From contig NC_009776.1 of NCBI RefSeq assembly GCF_000017945.1, forward strand, positions 30,001-62,000: DNA of 32,000 nt. The letters run 5' to 3'. The notes under the pieces were generated by a model. It made no database searches. It had not been told where the DNA came from and was given only the letters and a program-made list of their open reading frames with translations. Each line of letters starts with the position of its first letter. Positions within the stretch are counted from its first letter, which is position 1. This document shows positions 1 through 8,017 of the stretch, piece by piece. Made by a program: the position numbers and the translations under genes. The DNA comes from Ignicoccus hospitalis KIN4/I. Lineage in GTDB: Archaea > Thermoproteota > Thermoprotei_A > Sulfolobales > Ignicoccaceae.

Positions 1-98
1 CTATGTCCTCCTTCACTTCTATTCTCCGGAGGATCTCTGAGGCCCACACTCCTTGTAGCCCCGAGAGGGTTGTGAGGGGGAGGAGTTAAACGGTTAGA

Positions 99-226
99 GG
101 CCCGGTCCCAGCACGGGGCGGCTGCGGCGCCTCTCGGACGCCACTGCCGGACCCCGCGCGACCGGCTTAACTTCCGGGTTCGAAATGGGTCCGGGTGTTG
201 CCCGGTCGCTGTGGCCGGGCCGGGCC
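99..226 (-). rRNA. 5S ribosomal RNA, stand-alone (not linked to 16S/23S)
   Basis: Reverse complement reads GGCCCGGCCCGGCCACAGCGACCGGGCAACACCCGGACCCAUUUCGAACCCGGAAGUUAAGCCGGUCGCGCGG...CCGUGCUGGGACCGGGCC. It contains the conserved archaeal 5S block CCCAUUUCGAACCCGGAAGUUAAGCC. The 5' GGCCCGG pairs with the 3' CCGGGCC (helix I), and GCGACCGG pairs with CCGGUCGC (helix II). Ends are +/- a few nt. Confidence 0.85.
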
Positions 227-247
227 GTGTCCCAGCACGCAGGGCTG

Positions 248-255
248 TTATTAAA
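248..255 (-). promoter_or_regulatory. TATA-like box (TTTAATAA on minus strand) about 25 nt upstream of the 5S 5' end
   Basis: AT-rich octamer in an otherwise GC-rich stretch, at the canonical archaeal TATA-to-start distance from position 226. Confidence 0.45.
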
Positions 256-285
256 CTTTGTGTTGGTTAGGGAGGCCGGGCCTCG

Positions 286-687
286 GTGAAGTATTGTTTG
301 GTCTTGTCCGTCGGCTATGGTGTTGCACTGTTAACGTTGTGGACGGCCTTGTCCCTAGCTTGGGGTTTGGTAGACTTCAACGCGTTGGGCTTCCTACCTT
401 ATGGCGCTATACTGTCCGCCCTAGTAGCGATATTGGGCGCCCTCGTCAACTGTACTTTCGAAGCTCTGGGGAACCTCTTAGGCGTAGAGCCCCCTACCTC
501 AGTACTGGCTGGGTGGACTTTAGTCATGTTTACGTATTTCGTAATTACAAACCCACCGCCCGCCGGTTTGGGAGAGTTCGTATGGGCTGTAGGGAGGGCC
601 GCGATGTTCGTTTCTAACGCGTTCCCCGCTTCGGACTTGTTTTATGAGTTGGGCAACTTTACGCTAACGGCGGTGGGGCTGAGGTGA
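286..687 (+). CDS. small hydrophobic membrane protein (about 4 predicted TM segments), function unknown
   Basis: 133-aa ORF with a GTG start. Sequence is strongly hydrophobic (LVLSVGYGVALLTLW, LPYGAILSALVAILGALV, AGWTLVMFTYFVI). Its stop overlaps the next start (GTGA at 684-687), suggesting coupling. Confidence 0.5.
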   Translation: MKYCLVLSVGYGVALLTLWTALSLAWGLVDFNALGFLPYGAILSALVAILGALVNCTFEALGNLLGVEPPTSVLAGWTLVMFTYFVITNPPPAGLGEFVWAVGRAAMFVSNAFPASDLFYELGNFTLTAVGLR

Positions 688-1172
688 TAGAGCCTCTGGA
701 GGACCCGGAGACCCCGGTGGTACTGCTATCAATAAAGCCTAGGTACGCCCAGAGGATCCTCAGCGGCATGAAGAAGTTCGAGCTGAGAACTTGGATAGGC
801 TTGAACCTCTACAGCGGTATGTTAGTGGTGATGTACGCTTCGGGCAACGTGAAGGCGATAGTTGGTGAGTTCAGGGTAGGGAAGGTTTACAAGGGCAGGC
901 CCGAGTTCGTCTGGGGGCGCTTGATCGAAGAGGGGGGAGAGGAGAAGACCGGCGTAGGGGAAGAGGACTACCTTTACATAGCTAGGGCGAAGAAGGCCAT
1001 GGCCCTAGAGGTGTTGGAGCCTAAGGTGTACAAGAGGCCGCCCAAATTGGAGGAGATAAGAATGATAATACCCGGCTGGCTCCCCCCTATGAGCCACACT
1101 TTGCTCGGCACCGGCGACCCCCTCTGGGAGATGGTAATTAAACCCGTCAGAGAGGTTTCCGAGATACCTTAA
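684..1172 (+). CDS. ASCH (PUA-like) domain protein
   Basis: The N-terminal SIKPRYAQRILSGMKKFELR is the typical first beta-strand/helix signature of ASCH domains. Length is 162 aa. Confidence 0.65.
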   Translation: MIEPLEDPETPVVLLSIKPRYAQRILSGMKKFELRTWIGLNLYSGMLVVMYASGNVKAIVGEFRVGKVYKGRPEFVWGRLIEEGGEEKTGVGEEDYLYIARAKKAMALEVLEPKVYKRPPKLEEIRMIIPGWLPPMSHTLLGTGDPLWEMVIKPVREVSEIP

Positions 1173-2383
1173 TCCTCAAACAACTCCTTACCTCCGATTT
1201 TCTTCTTAATTTCGTATAGTAACATTTTGTTCTTGGACTTTAAATAGTCTATAAATTCGTTTCTCCTAGAAGGTTCCATAAACCTCAATAGCATCGCGAC
1301 GTACCTGGTCCCTCCAGGCTCTTCCAACAAACGCTTTACAACTTTAGTGGTGCGCGACTTCCAATGAGGGTGCGAATAGTGGGCCAAGGCTTGGAGCACG
1401 AGGGCAGCCTGGTCCTCGCTCAGCTGTAACACTAGGTCAGGCTTTTCTATTAGCTCCTCTACAGAGATGCTCTTCGAGAACGCCCAGCTCACGAAGGCGT
1501 GAGCGGCCTCTGGGCCGACATAGGCACTGACCAACGTCGTCAACTCCTTTCTGAGCTCCTTGTTACCACTCCGCAAAGCGTCGTAGAGGTCCGGGTACGC
1601 GTTATACAAGGCCAAGGCTAAGCTCGACCAAGAGCGTGGCGTGGGGTAGGGCTCTAAGAGCTCCGTCTCTTCTGGGAGCTTGATCAAGTAGTCTCTGAAG
1701 GACTTGAGGAACGCGCAGACCTCCTTAGCCCACGAGTCGTTGTAGCGCTTCTGCATGTAGTTGCACCACATGTCCACAGATGGTTCCTTAACGTTAAAGA
1801 CTGCCAACCTGTTCAAGAGCGGGAGCGGTAAGGGTCTGGCTATGGAGCTGTACTCGGGGGGGTTACCCAAGGCTATGACAGGCTTCCTAAAGTAATACAA
1901 GTTAACCTTTTCTGACAGAACGATGTCGTAGGCAGCGCTAAGTACGGTATCGTCGTTTATGTTCGTAAATTCGTCCAGAATTACCAGCCCCGCCTTGGCT
2001 TTCCTCAATACTTTTGCCCAGCGAGGTATCGCGTAATCGAAGCTCTTATCATTCTTATCTGGAAGGGGGAAGCCGCTCAAGTCCTCGGGCTTGACCATGT
2101 CTAGCCTAAACAATACCATAACGAACGCCTTGTTATAGTCCTCGGGCTCGGCAGAGTTCTCGTATTCCCAGAACTTCAAGCCGGCTTCCTCGGCCGCGCC
2201 CTTGGCCGCCTCCACGACTGTTTCGCTCTTACCTATTCCGGGCGGTCCCACGTACAAGTGATTCGCACCGCACGACTTCTCTAGGATCCTGCACTTGAGG
2301 TAGCTCTTAACTATCTTGCCCATAGATTCAATGTCTATGCTCTGTGCGCTCCTTATCAAGGCCCCTCTCGTGCTGCTCGCCAT
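1169..2383 (-). CDS. AAA+ ATPase, MoxR/AAA_5-like, with a long helical C-terminal domain
   Basis: Walker A is GPPGIGKSE and Walker B is LVILDEF. The ORF track starts at GTG 2449, but ATG 2383 (MASSTRG) is preferred: a TATA-like CATAAAAAGG lies just upstream and the 2443-2473 hairpin covers the GTG. Confidence 0.7.
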   Translation of the reverse strand: MASSTRGALIRSAQSIDIESMGKIVKSYLKCRILEKSCGANHLYVGPPGIGKSETVVEAAKGAAEEAGLKFWEYENSAEPEDYNKAFVMVLFRLDMVKPEDLSGFPLPDKNDKSFDYAIPRWAKVLRKAKAGLVILDEFTNINDDTVLSAAYDIVLSEKVNLYYFRKPVIALGNPPEYSSIARPLPLPLLNRLAVFNVKEPSVDMWCNYMQKRYNDSWAKEVCAFLKSFRDYLIKLPEETELLEPYPTPRSWSSLALALYNAYPDLYDALRSGNKELRKELTTLVSAYVGPEAAHAFVSWAFSKSISVEELIEKPDLVLQLSEDQAALVLQALAHYSHPHWKSRTTKVVKRLLEEPGGTRYVAMLLRFMEPSRRNEFIDYLKSKNKMLLYEIKKKIGGKELFED

Positions 2384-2442
2384 GGTCCACCCGCGCCTTT
2401 TTATGTGGAAGGTTAAAGGTGTAAGGCGCCCGACGGGCTCTC

Positions 2443-2473
2443 CCCTCACCCGCCGCCCCTTGCGGCGTGAGGG
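2443..2473. repeat. GC-rich inverted repeat (CCCTCA-cc-CGCCGC / loop CCCTT / GCGGCG-TGAGGG)
   Basis: Read directly: two 6-bp arms with a 2-nt bulge and a 5-nt loop. It lies between the oligo-T after the 2522 gene and the AAA+ start. Confidence 0.5.
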
Positions 2474-2495
2474 AGGCAGGGTCGCGAGACGTACG

Positions 2496-2501
2496 AAAAA
2501 A
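2496..2501 (-). terminator. oligo-T tract (T6 on minus strand) 21 nt after the stop of the 2522-3181 gene
   Basis: The plus strand reads CGAAAAAAGG. Archaeal termination typically occurs at oligo-T runs. Confidence 0.4.
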
Positions 2502-2521
2502 GGCTTATGAAGTTGACCGCC

Positions 2522-3181
2522 TCAGACCGTCCCTAGCAGTATAATTATCATTGCTATAGCCCTCGCTATCAACGTGTATGACAAGGCTACGTTGATGTGC
2601 GTCAGTTGGACACCGACTATAACCACCAAGCTGGCCACGGCGTATATCCACAGACCCACTGCGAAGAACAGTGCCGATCTGTCGCGGGTCTCTAGGTACG
2701 CTTTGAAGATGTAGTAGCCTATTATGAGTGGTCCCGCCACTAGGAAGAGCAAGTGTGGGACGTGGAAGCTCCACCACTCGAACCTCAGCCTGTACATGAA
2801 CGCTATCATCGAGCCTACGAAGAAGTAAACGCCGGCTCCCAAACCAAGCAATGTCAGCAGCTTAGTCTTTGGATGGTCTATTGCTCTCAACATAGAGTAC
2901 AACACGAGTATCAGGCCGGCCGTCTTGAAGGGTACCCCTACGGGATACGTGAACGGCAAGTGGAAGATCCCTCTCGCTATGACCTTACATAGGAGCTGTG
3001 CAAGTGACAGCAGTAGGACGCCTAAGCCGAAGAGCCTTAGCCAGTCGAGCCCTAGCACTTTTGCTCGCCAGAAGGCTAGTATCGCCACTACGAGTTCAGC
3101 TATACCTACTATGAGGCCTAGCTGGAGCAGCGTAGCTGGGTCTAGTAGGGCTAGCGCGCCGATTCCGCCGGCCGCAGGCAT
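2522..3181 (-). CDS. polytopic membrane protein (about 7 TM), function unknown
   Basis: 219-aa hydrophobic ORF. An AT-rich promoter-like stretch (AAAATATAAAAATATAATTTAAA, 3210-3232) lies upstream. Confidence 0.6.
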   Translation of the reverse strand: MPAAGGIGALALLDPATLLQLGLIVGIAELVVAILAFWRAKVLGLDWLRLFGLGVLLLSLAQLLCKVIARGIFHLPFTYPVGVPFKTAGLILVLYSMLRAIDHPKTKLLTLLGLGAGVYFFVGSMIAFMYRLRFEWWSFHVPHLLFLVAGPLIIGYYIFKAYLETRDRSALFFAVGLWIYAVASLVVIVGVQLTHINVALSYTLIARAIAMIIILLGTV

Positions 3182-3251
3182 TCCCTTACCCAGAGGCTGG
3201 GGACCAGGAGAAAATATAAAAATATAATTTAAAGGATGACGAGCTACCTCG

Positions 3252-5192
3252 TTACATAGGCCTACCGTCCTCGAGGCTGTACACAGCGAGCTTGCCCTTG
3301 TTTAAGCTGTTGTCGTAGTGGGTCCTCATGCGGAACTCCTTCTGCCTGAACGGGTTCCAGTTGCTCACCGGCCTGTAGTAACCTATTATTCTGCTCCATA
3401 TCTCCGTCTTGGCTCCGCACCTCGGGCACCTAGTGTAGAGGCCCACAGTCTTGTGGCCGTTCTCGCAGACGCTTATGGCCGGCGTATAGCTCCAGTAGAC
3501 CACTCCGGCGTCCATGATCTTTTGGGTTAGCTTCGCGAGCGCCTCCGGGTCCGGCTGCTCGCCGAGGAATATGTGCATCATTACTCCTCCGGTGAACCTC
3601 TGTTGGACCTTGCCCTCCCACTTTATCCTCTGCCATAGAGTTATGCCGTGGTCGTAATAGGGCACTACGCTGGTGGAATACATGTCGACCCCTTCGGGCA
3701 CGTATTCCCTTACTTCGGGGTAATGCTTCAAGTCGTTTAAGAACAACTTTGCCGCGGCGGTCTCTCCGGGTACTTCCTCAACGTTGAACGGCTCGCCCAT
3801 TTCGATGGTTAATCTGGAGGCTATGTCAGCCATAGTCTTTATCATCTTGTCCTCCAGTTCTATTGCCTTCTCCTTCGCGCCTACGTCCTCGCTGGTCCAC
3901 ACTTCGGGATCTCCTAATAGGATCGCCGCGGCCTCCGGCATCCCTATTGCCCCTATAGTGTTGAAGTGGGTTCTCGTCCACTCGGGGCTGTATTCCCACA
4001 CCATGCTGTAGAAGTTCCTATACGTCTTCATCAGCCTTAGGTAGTGGTTCCTCCACCAGCTCAGCCACTTGGCCACCAGCTCTACTCTCTCTTCCAGTAT
4101 CTCGAAGAAGGTCTCCACATCTCCCCTGGCGTCCAAGGCTATTCTGGGCAGGTTAACGGTGACCACGCCGATGCTGCCAGTTATGTCGGGTATGGCCCAC
4201 ATTCCGCCCAGCCTGCCCTTTGCCAACTTCTCTAGCTCTTCCTTCCTTTGATCTTCCAACTTCTTCAGCCTCAACCCTCCCATGAATGCCTTGTTGACTT
4301 CGTCCTTCTTTACTACGTAGCGGCAGCACATCGCGAACGCGGAGTCAGGGTCTATAACCTTGGTGTTGAGCCAGTAGTAGCTTCCCATCTTTGCAGCAGT
4401 CACGAAGATGGCGTCGAAGAGTTCGGCGTCGTTGTAGAAGTCCTTGGCAGTGGGCATTAACGTCGGTATGGGGAAGGTAAACGGCTGCCGGAGCGAGTCG
4501 CCCCTCTGGAGGACCTTGCCCAGCTGGATGAGCCACCTGCGGGCCTCGTCTAAGTAGTCTCCCAAGAGGTCTCCGGTGGAGGCGCCACCTATTATTACGG
4601 GTTGGTCTAACATGTACTTGCTTTCGGTGTAGGTTACAGTGATGTTCGTGAAGGGCGTTTGCATCCCGGGTCTCCACGGCAAGTTGAGTTCGTAGTAGAG
4701 CGTCTGGATCCCTTGCCTTATTTCCTCGTCGCTTAGGTGTTCCTTGGCTATGAAGGGCGCTACCCACAGCTCCACGCTGCCGAACGCTTGGGCGCCGGTC
4801 CAGTACTGCTGCATCATAGCTAGGAAGTTAGCAGCGTGGGCCATCGCTACTTGGTAGTGCCTCGCCGGGCCCGCCACTATGGTGGGGGTCTTCAAGCCCT
4901 TCTTCAGTACTCTGGAGTAGTCGTTGCCGTTGCAGTAGGGGAGGAAGACGCTCTGGGGCAGTTTGTGTACGTACACTACACCTTCTTTGTGAGCGCTTAT
5001 CATGTCCTTGGGCATAACGTCCTCTACTACGTGTTCCCAGAGGTACCTCTCGGCCGCTTCTAGCAGCAGTTTGTTGGGACCCTGGTACTCGTTGGAGTTG
5101 ACGCTCCTACCCATCATTTCTTCGAGTACGTTTCTAGGCTTCTTGACGTTTGTAAACCCGAGAGTGGTTAGGTGGTCGCCTACCCTAGCCAT
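3252..5192 (-). CDS. nrdD: anaerobic ribonucleoside-triphosphate reductase (class III, NrdD)
   Basis: C-terminal CPRCG Zn site followed by SRIIGYYRPVSNWNPFRQKEF, the glycyl-radical RxxGY motif. Size and overall similarity fit NrdD. Start is set at ATG 5192 (MARVGDH) because the TATA-like box at 5232-5241 overlaps the TTG 5234 of the ORF track. Confidence 0.88.
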   Translation of the reverse strand: MARVGDHLTTLGFTNVKKPRNVLEEMMGRSVNSNEYQGPNKLLLEAAERYLWEHVVEDVMPKDMISAHKEGVVYVHKLPQSVFLPYCNGNDYSRVLKKGLKTPTIVAGPARHYQVAMAHAANFLAMMQQYWTGAQAFGSVELWVAPFIAKEHLSDEEIRQGIQTLYYELNLPWRPGMQTPFTNITVTYTESKYMLDQPVIIGGASTGDLLGDYLDEARRWLIQLGKVLQRGDSLRQPFTFPIPTLMPTAKDFYNDAELFDAIFVTAAKMGSYYWLNTKVIDPDSAFAMCCRYVVKKDEVNKAFMGGLRLKKLEDQRKEELEKLAKGRLGGMWAIPDITGSIGVVTVNLPRIALDARGDVETFFEILEERVELVAKWLSWWRNHYLRLMKTYRNFYSMVWEYSPEWTRTHFNTIGAIGMPEAAAILLGDPEVWTSEDVGAKEKAIELEDKMIKTMADIASRLTIEMGEPFNVEEVPGETAAAKLFLNDLKHYPEVREYVPEGVDMYSTSVVPYYDHGITLWQRIKWEGKVQQRFTGGVMMHIFLGEQPDPEALAKLTQKIMDAGVVYWSYTPAISVCENGHKTVGLYTRCPRCGAKTEIWSRIIGYYRPVSNWNPFRQKEFRMRTHYDNSLNKGKLAVYSLEDGRPM

Positions 5193-5231
5193 TCGCGGTC
5201 GCCGTTTAGTGTTAGAATGCTTTGGACGAAT

Positions 5232-5241
5232 CAATAAATAG
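5232..5241 (-). promoter_or_regulatory. TATA-like box (CTATTTATTG on minus strand) for nrdD
   Basis: AT-rich element about 40 nt upstream of ATG 5192. Confidence 0.35.
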
Positions 5242-5354
5242 CGTGCGTTACTTGCGTGATACTAGGCTAAAGAGGTAGCAGTAGTACGCTTAATGCCTTC
5301 TCGAGATAAGATTGAGAATGTCGAAAGTCTTGCTAAACCCTCTCATATTTAATT

Positions 5355-5714
5355 TCATTCTAAGCTCTTTTCAAACTTTTTGATCTCTTTGATGTGTGAA
5401 GCTATCTCGTCCGGAGAGACGTCCACCTTTCCTTTCAAGGCTAGTTTCAACAGCTCCTCTAAAGCGTCCCTTTCGTCGAAGACGCCCACCAGCTTGTAGA
5501 ACTCTTGGAGGAGCGCGGCGTCCCCTACTGGCTCTAACTTAGAGAGCTCTAGGAGCTTCTTTCTGAGGACCCCGAGCTCATCTAAGATTTCCCTTATCCG
5601 CTGGTTGAGTTCGAAGTCTGCTGGAGCTTCTTCTAGACTCTTAATTATCTTCTTGAGTTCTTCCAACAGTTCGCTTTGTCTCTCGGACGCTTCTACGTAT
5701 TCATCTACACCCAT
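5355..5714 (-). CDS. acidic coiled-coil protein, function unknown, coupled to ABCE1
   Basis: 119-aa ORF starting 5 nt after the ABCE1 stop. It is heptad-like and rich in E, L and K (SELLEELKKIIKSLEE, LRKKLLELSKLE). Confidence 0.55.
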   Translation of the reverse strand: MGVDEYVEASERQSELLEELKKIIKSLEEAPADFELNQRIREILDELGVLRKKLLELSKLEPVGDAALLQEFYKLVGVFDERDALEELLKLALKGKVDVSPDEIASHIKEIKKFEKSLE

Positions 5715-5719
5715 GGCCG

Positions 5720-7534
5720 CTACTCCCTCGCCGGCAGAGTGTAATAATACTCGCCTATGGATTTCTGCATCCTGTCCAAGCGACTCCCTTCTTTGTTTAC
5801 TCTAGGCCTCCCCGTCTCCGGGTCCCTCCTAAAGGTTATTCCGAGCTCCTTTAGGAACTCGTTCATACCCCTCCTCAAGCTGGTTGGGGGCTCTGCGACG
5901 CCGTGCTTACCGGGCTCGCCCTTGAACACCATTACCCTATCCGTTATTAGGTCTATCATCACCAAGTCGTGGTCTACGACGAAGGCCGCCGCCCCGGAAC
6001 CCTCTACGATGTGTCTTATTGCGTCGCCCACCGCGAGCCTCTCCTCGACGTCCAAGAACGCGGAGGGCTCGTCCAGCAAGTATAGGTCGGCCTCTTTTCC
6101 TAGAGTAACGGCCACGGCGAGCTTCTGGAGCTCTCCGCCCGACAAGTGCTTAACCTCCTTTTCCAACAATCTATTCAACCCGAGCCTCTTCACCACTTCG
6201 ACGTAGTACCAACTGGAGGTGTCCAAGAAGTCGCTTCTAACCTTTCTGAGGACGTCCTTAACGGTCTCGTTTTTTCCGAACATTTCGTGTGTAACGTACT
6301 GGGGCTTATACGCGAGCCTCAACTGCGGGAGCACGAAGTCGGCATTGTCCGGCTTGAGGATGCCAGCTATTAGTTTGATAAAGGTAGATTTACCTATTCC
6401 GTTAGGTCCCAATATACCTATTATTTCCCCTCGATGAATCTCGCCAGGGTTTACCTCTAGGACGAAGTCGCCTAACTTCTTTGTCATGAACGGCCACTCC
6501 AAGTATACTTCAGTTGAGACTACCTTCTCCCTGAGCTCTGGGTTAACAAACGTTATAGGCTTGTCCCTTATCCTCATGTTTTCGCTGGGCAAGAACCCCC
6601 TTATGTAATGGTTTATCCCCACCCTCGTGCTATAGGGCTGTGATACTATTCCATAAACCCCCGGCACGCCGTATACGATGTGAACCAAGTCGGACAAGTA
6701 ATCTAGGATTGCCAAGTCGTGTTCTATTATCAGCACGTATCGGTTGGGTGGGACGAACTTCTTAATCGCTCTGGCCATATTTATCCTCTCCTTTACGTCG
6801 AGGTAAGCCGCGGGTTCGTCGAACGCATAAAGGTCAGCGTCCTTACTTAGGACCGCTGCTATTAGGAACCTCTGGAGCTCGCCGCCCGAGAGCTTCCTTA
6901 CGTCCCTCTCCCATAGGTGGGCTATGTTTAGCGCTTGCGCTACTTCCCTCGCGATCCCCCTCTCGTCCACCCGCGCGAGCAGTTGGCCTACCGTCCCCTT
7001 CAGCAGCTTAGCGGCCTCCGCTACGTACTGTAACTTGTACGCAACCCTTATCTTCCCGTTAGCCAAATCTTTCAAATAGTTGAATAATTCGGTCCCCCTG
7101 AATCTCTTTAGGACCTCGTCCCAAGAGGCCTCTTCCTTGCCTAGGTTGGGTTTCAAGAGACCGCTCAAGATCTTCAGCGAAGTGGACTTGCCGGCGCCGT
7201 TTCTCCCTATGATGCCCGTGACTTGTCCCCTCTTGGGGACCGGTAAGCCGTAGAGCGCGAAACCGTTCTTGCCGTATCTGTGGACCAGCTTCTCTTCCAC
7301 CTCTTCTGGCAAGTTCTCTATGTGAATCGCTTGGAACGGACACTTCTTGATGCAAATCCCGCACCCAGTACACACTAGTTCGTGTATTATCGGCTTCCCG
7401 TCCTCTCCGAGCTCGATCGCTTTGTTCCTCCCGGTTTTATTTATTGGACAGAATCTTATGCACTCGTAATTGCACTTGTCCGGCTTGCACAACTCCTTGT
7501 CTATTACTGCTACCCTAGGCACTGTCCTCTCCAA
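5720..7534 (-). CDS. ABCE1: ABCE1 / RNase L inhibitor-type ribosome recycling ATPase
   Basis: N-terminal diferredoxin Cys motifs CKPDKCNYECIRFCP and CTGCGICIKKCP. Two ABC cassettes are present (GRNGAGKST...LSGGELQR and GPNGIGKST...LSGGELQK). TTG start. Confidence 0.95.
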   Translation of the reverse strand: MERTVPRVAVIDKELCKPDKCNYECIRFCPINKTGRNKAIELGEDGKPIIHELVCTGCGICIKKCPFQAIHIENLPEEVEEKLVHRYGKNGFALYGLPVPKRGQVTGIIGRNGAGKSTSLKILSGLLKPNLGKEEASWDEVLKRFRGTELFNYLKDLANGKIRVAYKLQYVAEAAKLLKGTVGQLLARVDERGIAREVAQALNIAHLWERDVRKLSGGELQRFLIAAVLSKDADLYAFDEPAAYLDVKERINMARAIKKFVPPNRYVLIIEHDLAILDYLSDLVHIVYGVPGVYGIVSQPYSTRVGINHYIRGFLPSENMRIRDKPITFVNPELREKVVSTEVYLEWPFMTKKLGDFVLEVNPGEIHRGEIIGILGPNGIGKSTFIKLIAGILKPDNADFVLPQLRLAYKPQYVTHEMFGKNETVKDVLRKVRSDFLDTSSWYYVEVVKRLGLNRLLEKEVKHLSGGELQKLAVAVTLGKEADLYLLDEPSAFLDVEERLAVGDAIRHIVEGSGAAAFVVDHDLVMIDLITDRVMVFKGEPGKHGVAEPPTSLRRGMNEFLKELGITFRRDPETGRPRVNKEGSRLDRMQKSIGEYYYTLPARE

Positions 7535-7556
7535 ACTCGAGCCCCACGAAGGAGCA

Positions 7557-7566
7557 TTTTTAAAAT
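7557..7566 (-). promoter_or_regulatory. TATA-like box (ATTTTAAAAA on minus strand) about 27 nt upstream of the ABCE1 start
   Basis: The distance is consistent with a leaderless or near-leaderless transcript. Confidence 0.4.
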
Positions 7567-7638
7567 TGGGCGATGGAGGGCGCGGGCTCTAACCTCACGT
7601 AAGTCACGGAAAATACTCACATCGCCTAATATTTCGAG

Positions 7639-7681
7639 CTTAGGATTTTTTGATGCTACAACCTAAGGAATCTTAAGGATT
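7639..7681. repeat. three copies of CT(T)A(A)GGA(A/T)T in the ABCE1/Cren7 divergent intergenic region
   Basis: CTTAGGATT (7639-7647), CTAAGGAAT (7663-7671) and CTTAAGGATT (7672-7681). The last two are in tandem. Confidence 0.5.
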
Positions 7682-7710
7682 CATGTAATGCTAGTTTAAA
7701 GGTCTCAAGA

Positions 7711-7723
7711 AATAATTTATAAG
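7711..7723 (+). promoter_or_regulatory. TATA-like box AATAATTTATAAG for the Cren7-like gene
   Basis: About 55 nt upstream of ATG 7776. A strong SD-like GGGGAGGTGAGAGG lies directly before the ATG. Confidence 0.45.
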
Positions 7724-7775
7724 CACGGTGAGCCAGAAGGAATAGTGGGAAAGAGAAGAGGGGAGGTGAGAGGAA

Positions 7776-7943
7776 ATGCCCAAGTGCCCTAAGTGCGGCG
7801 CGGAGGTTAAGGAGCCCATCAAGACTTGGGTGTTGGCTCCCAAGGGAAGGAAAGGAGTGATAATAGGCCTCTTCAGGTGCCCCAACGGGCACTACTTCAG
7901 GGCGAAGGTGGGCGAAGCTCCTCCGAAGAAGGAGGCAGCCTAA
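7776..7943 (+). CDS. cren7: Cren7-family chromatin protein, zinc-knuckle variant (55 aa, absent from the ORF track because it is under 60 aa)
   Basis: Translation is [55 protein letters not shown]. The core [20 protein letters not shown] matches Sulfolobus Cren7 ([31 protein letters not shown]). It has an SD, an upstream TATA, and a hairpin plus T6 downstream. Confidence 0.8.
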   Translation: MPKCPKCGAEVKEPIKTWVLAPKGRKGVIIGLFRCPNGHYFRAKVGEAPPKKEAA

Positions 7944-7944
7944 G

Positions 7945-7982
7945 GGATCGCCAACGATCCTCGCTCAACATAACCCTTTTTT
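7945..7982 (+). terminator. hairpin GGATCG-CCAA-CGATCC followed by a T6 tract
   Basis: Perfect 6-bp stem (7945-7960) and TTTTTT at 7977-7982, directly after the Cren7-like stop codon. Confidence 0.5.
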
Positions 7983-8017
7983 CACCTTTAAACAAAACTT
8001 GGCCAGGGTTTCGGTAT

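Noticed and set aside
1-98. Possible gene end or ncRNA downstream of the 5S gene at the window start
   Set aside because: No frame is convincingly coding and no structure is recognisable. The segment is too short and truncated to call.
258-617. 119-aa ORF overlapping 286-687 in another frame
   Set aside because: Arg/Gly/Pro-rich composition typical of an off-frame reading of GC-rich DNA. The overlapping frame gives a coherent membrane protein coupled to the next gene.
2505-3227. ORFs 2505-2777 (-), 2753-2992 (+) and 2925-3227 (+) overlapping the membrane-protein gene
   Set aside because: These are alternative frames of the hydrophobic 2522-3181 gene, with no independent signals.
7826-8017. 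N-terminal 64-aa extension of the ahcY ORF in the ORF track
   Set aside because: It overlaps the Cren7-like gene in another frame and crosses its hairpin/T6 terminator. The canonical AhcY N-terminus begins at ATG 8018.
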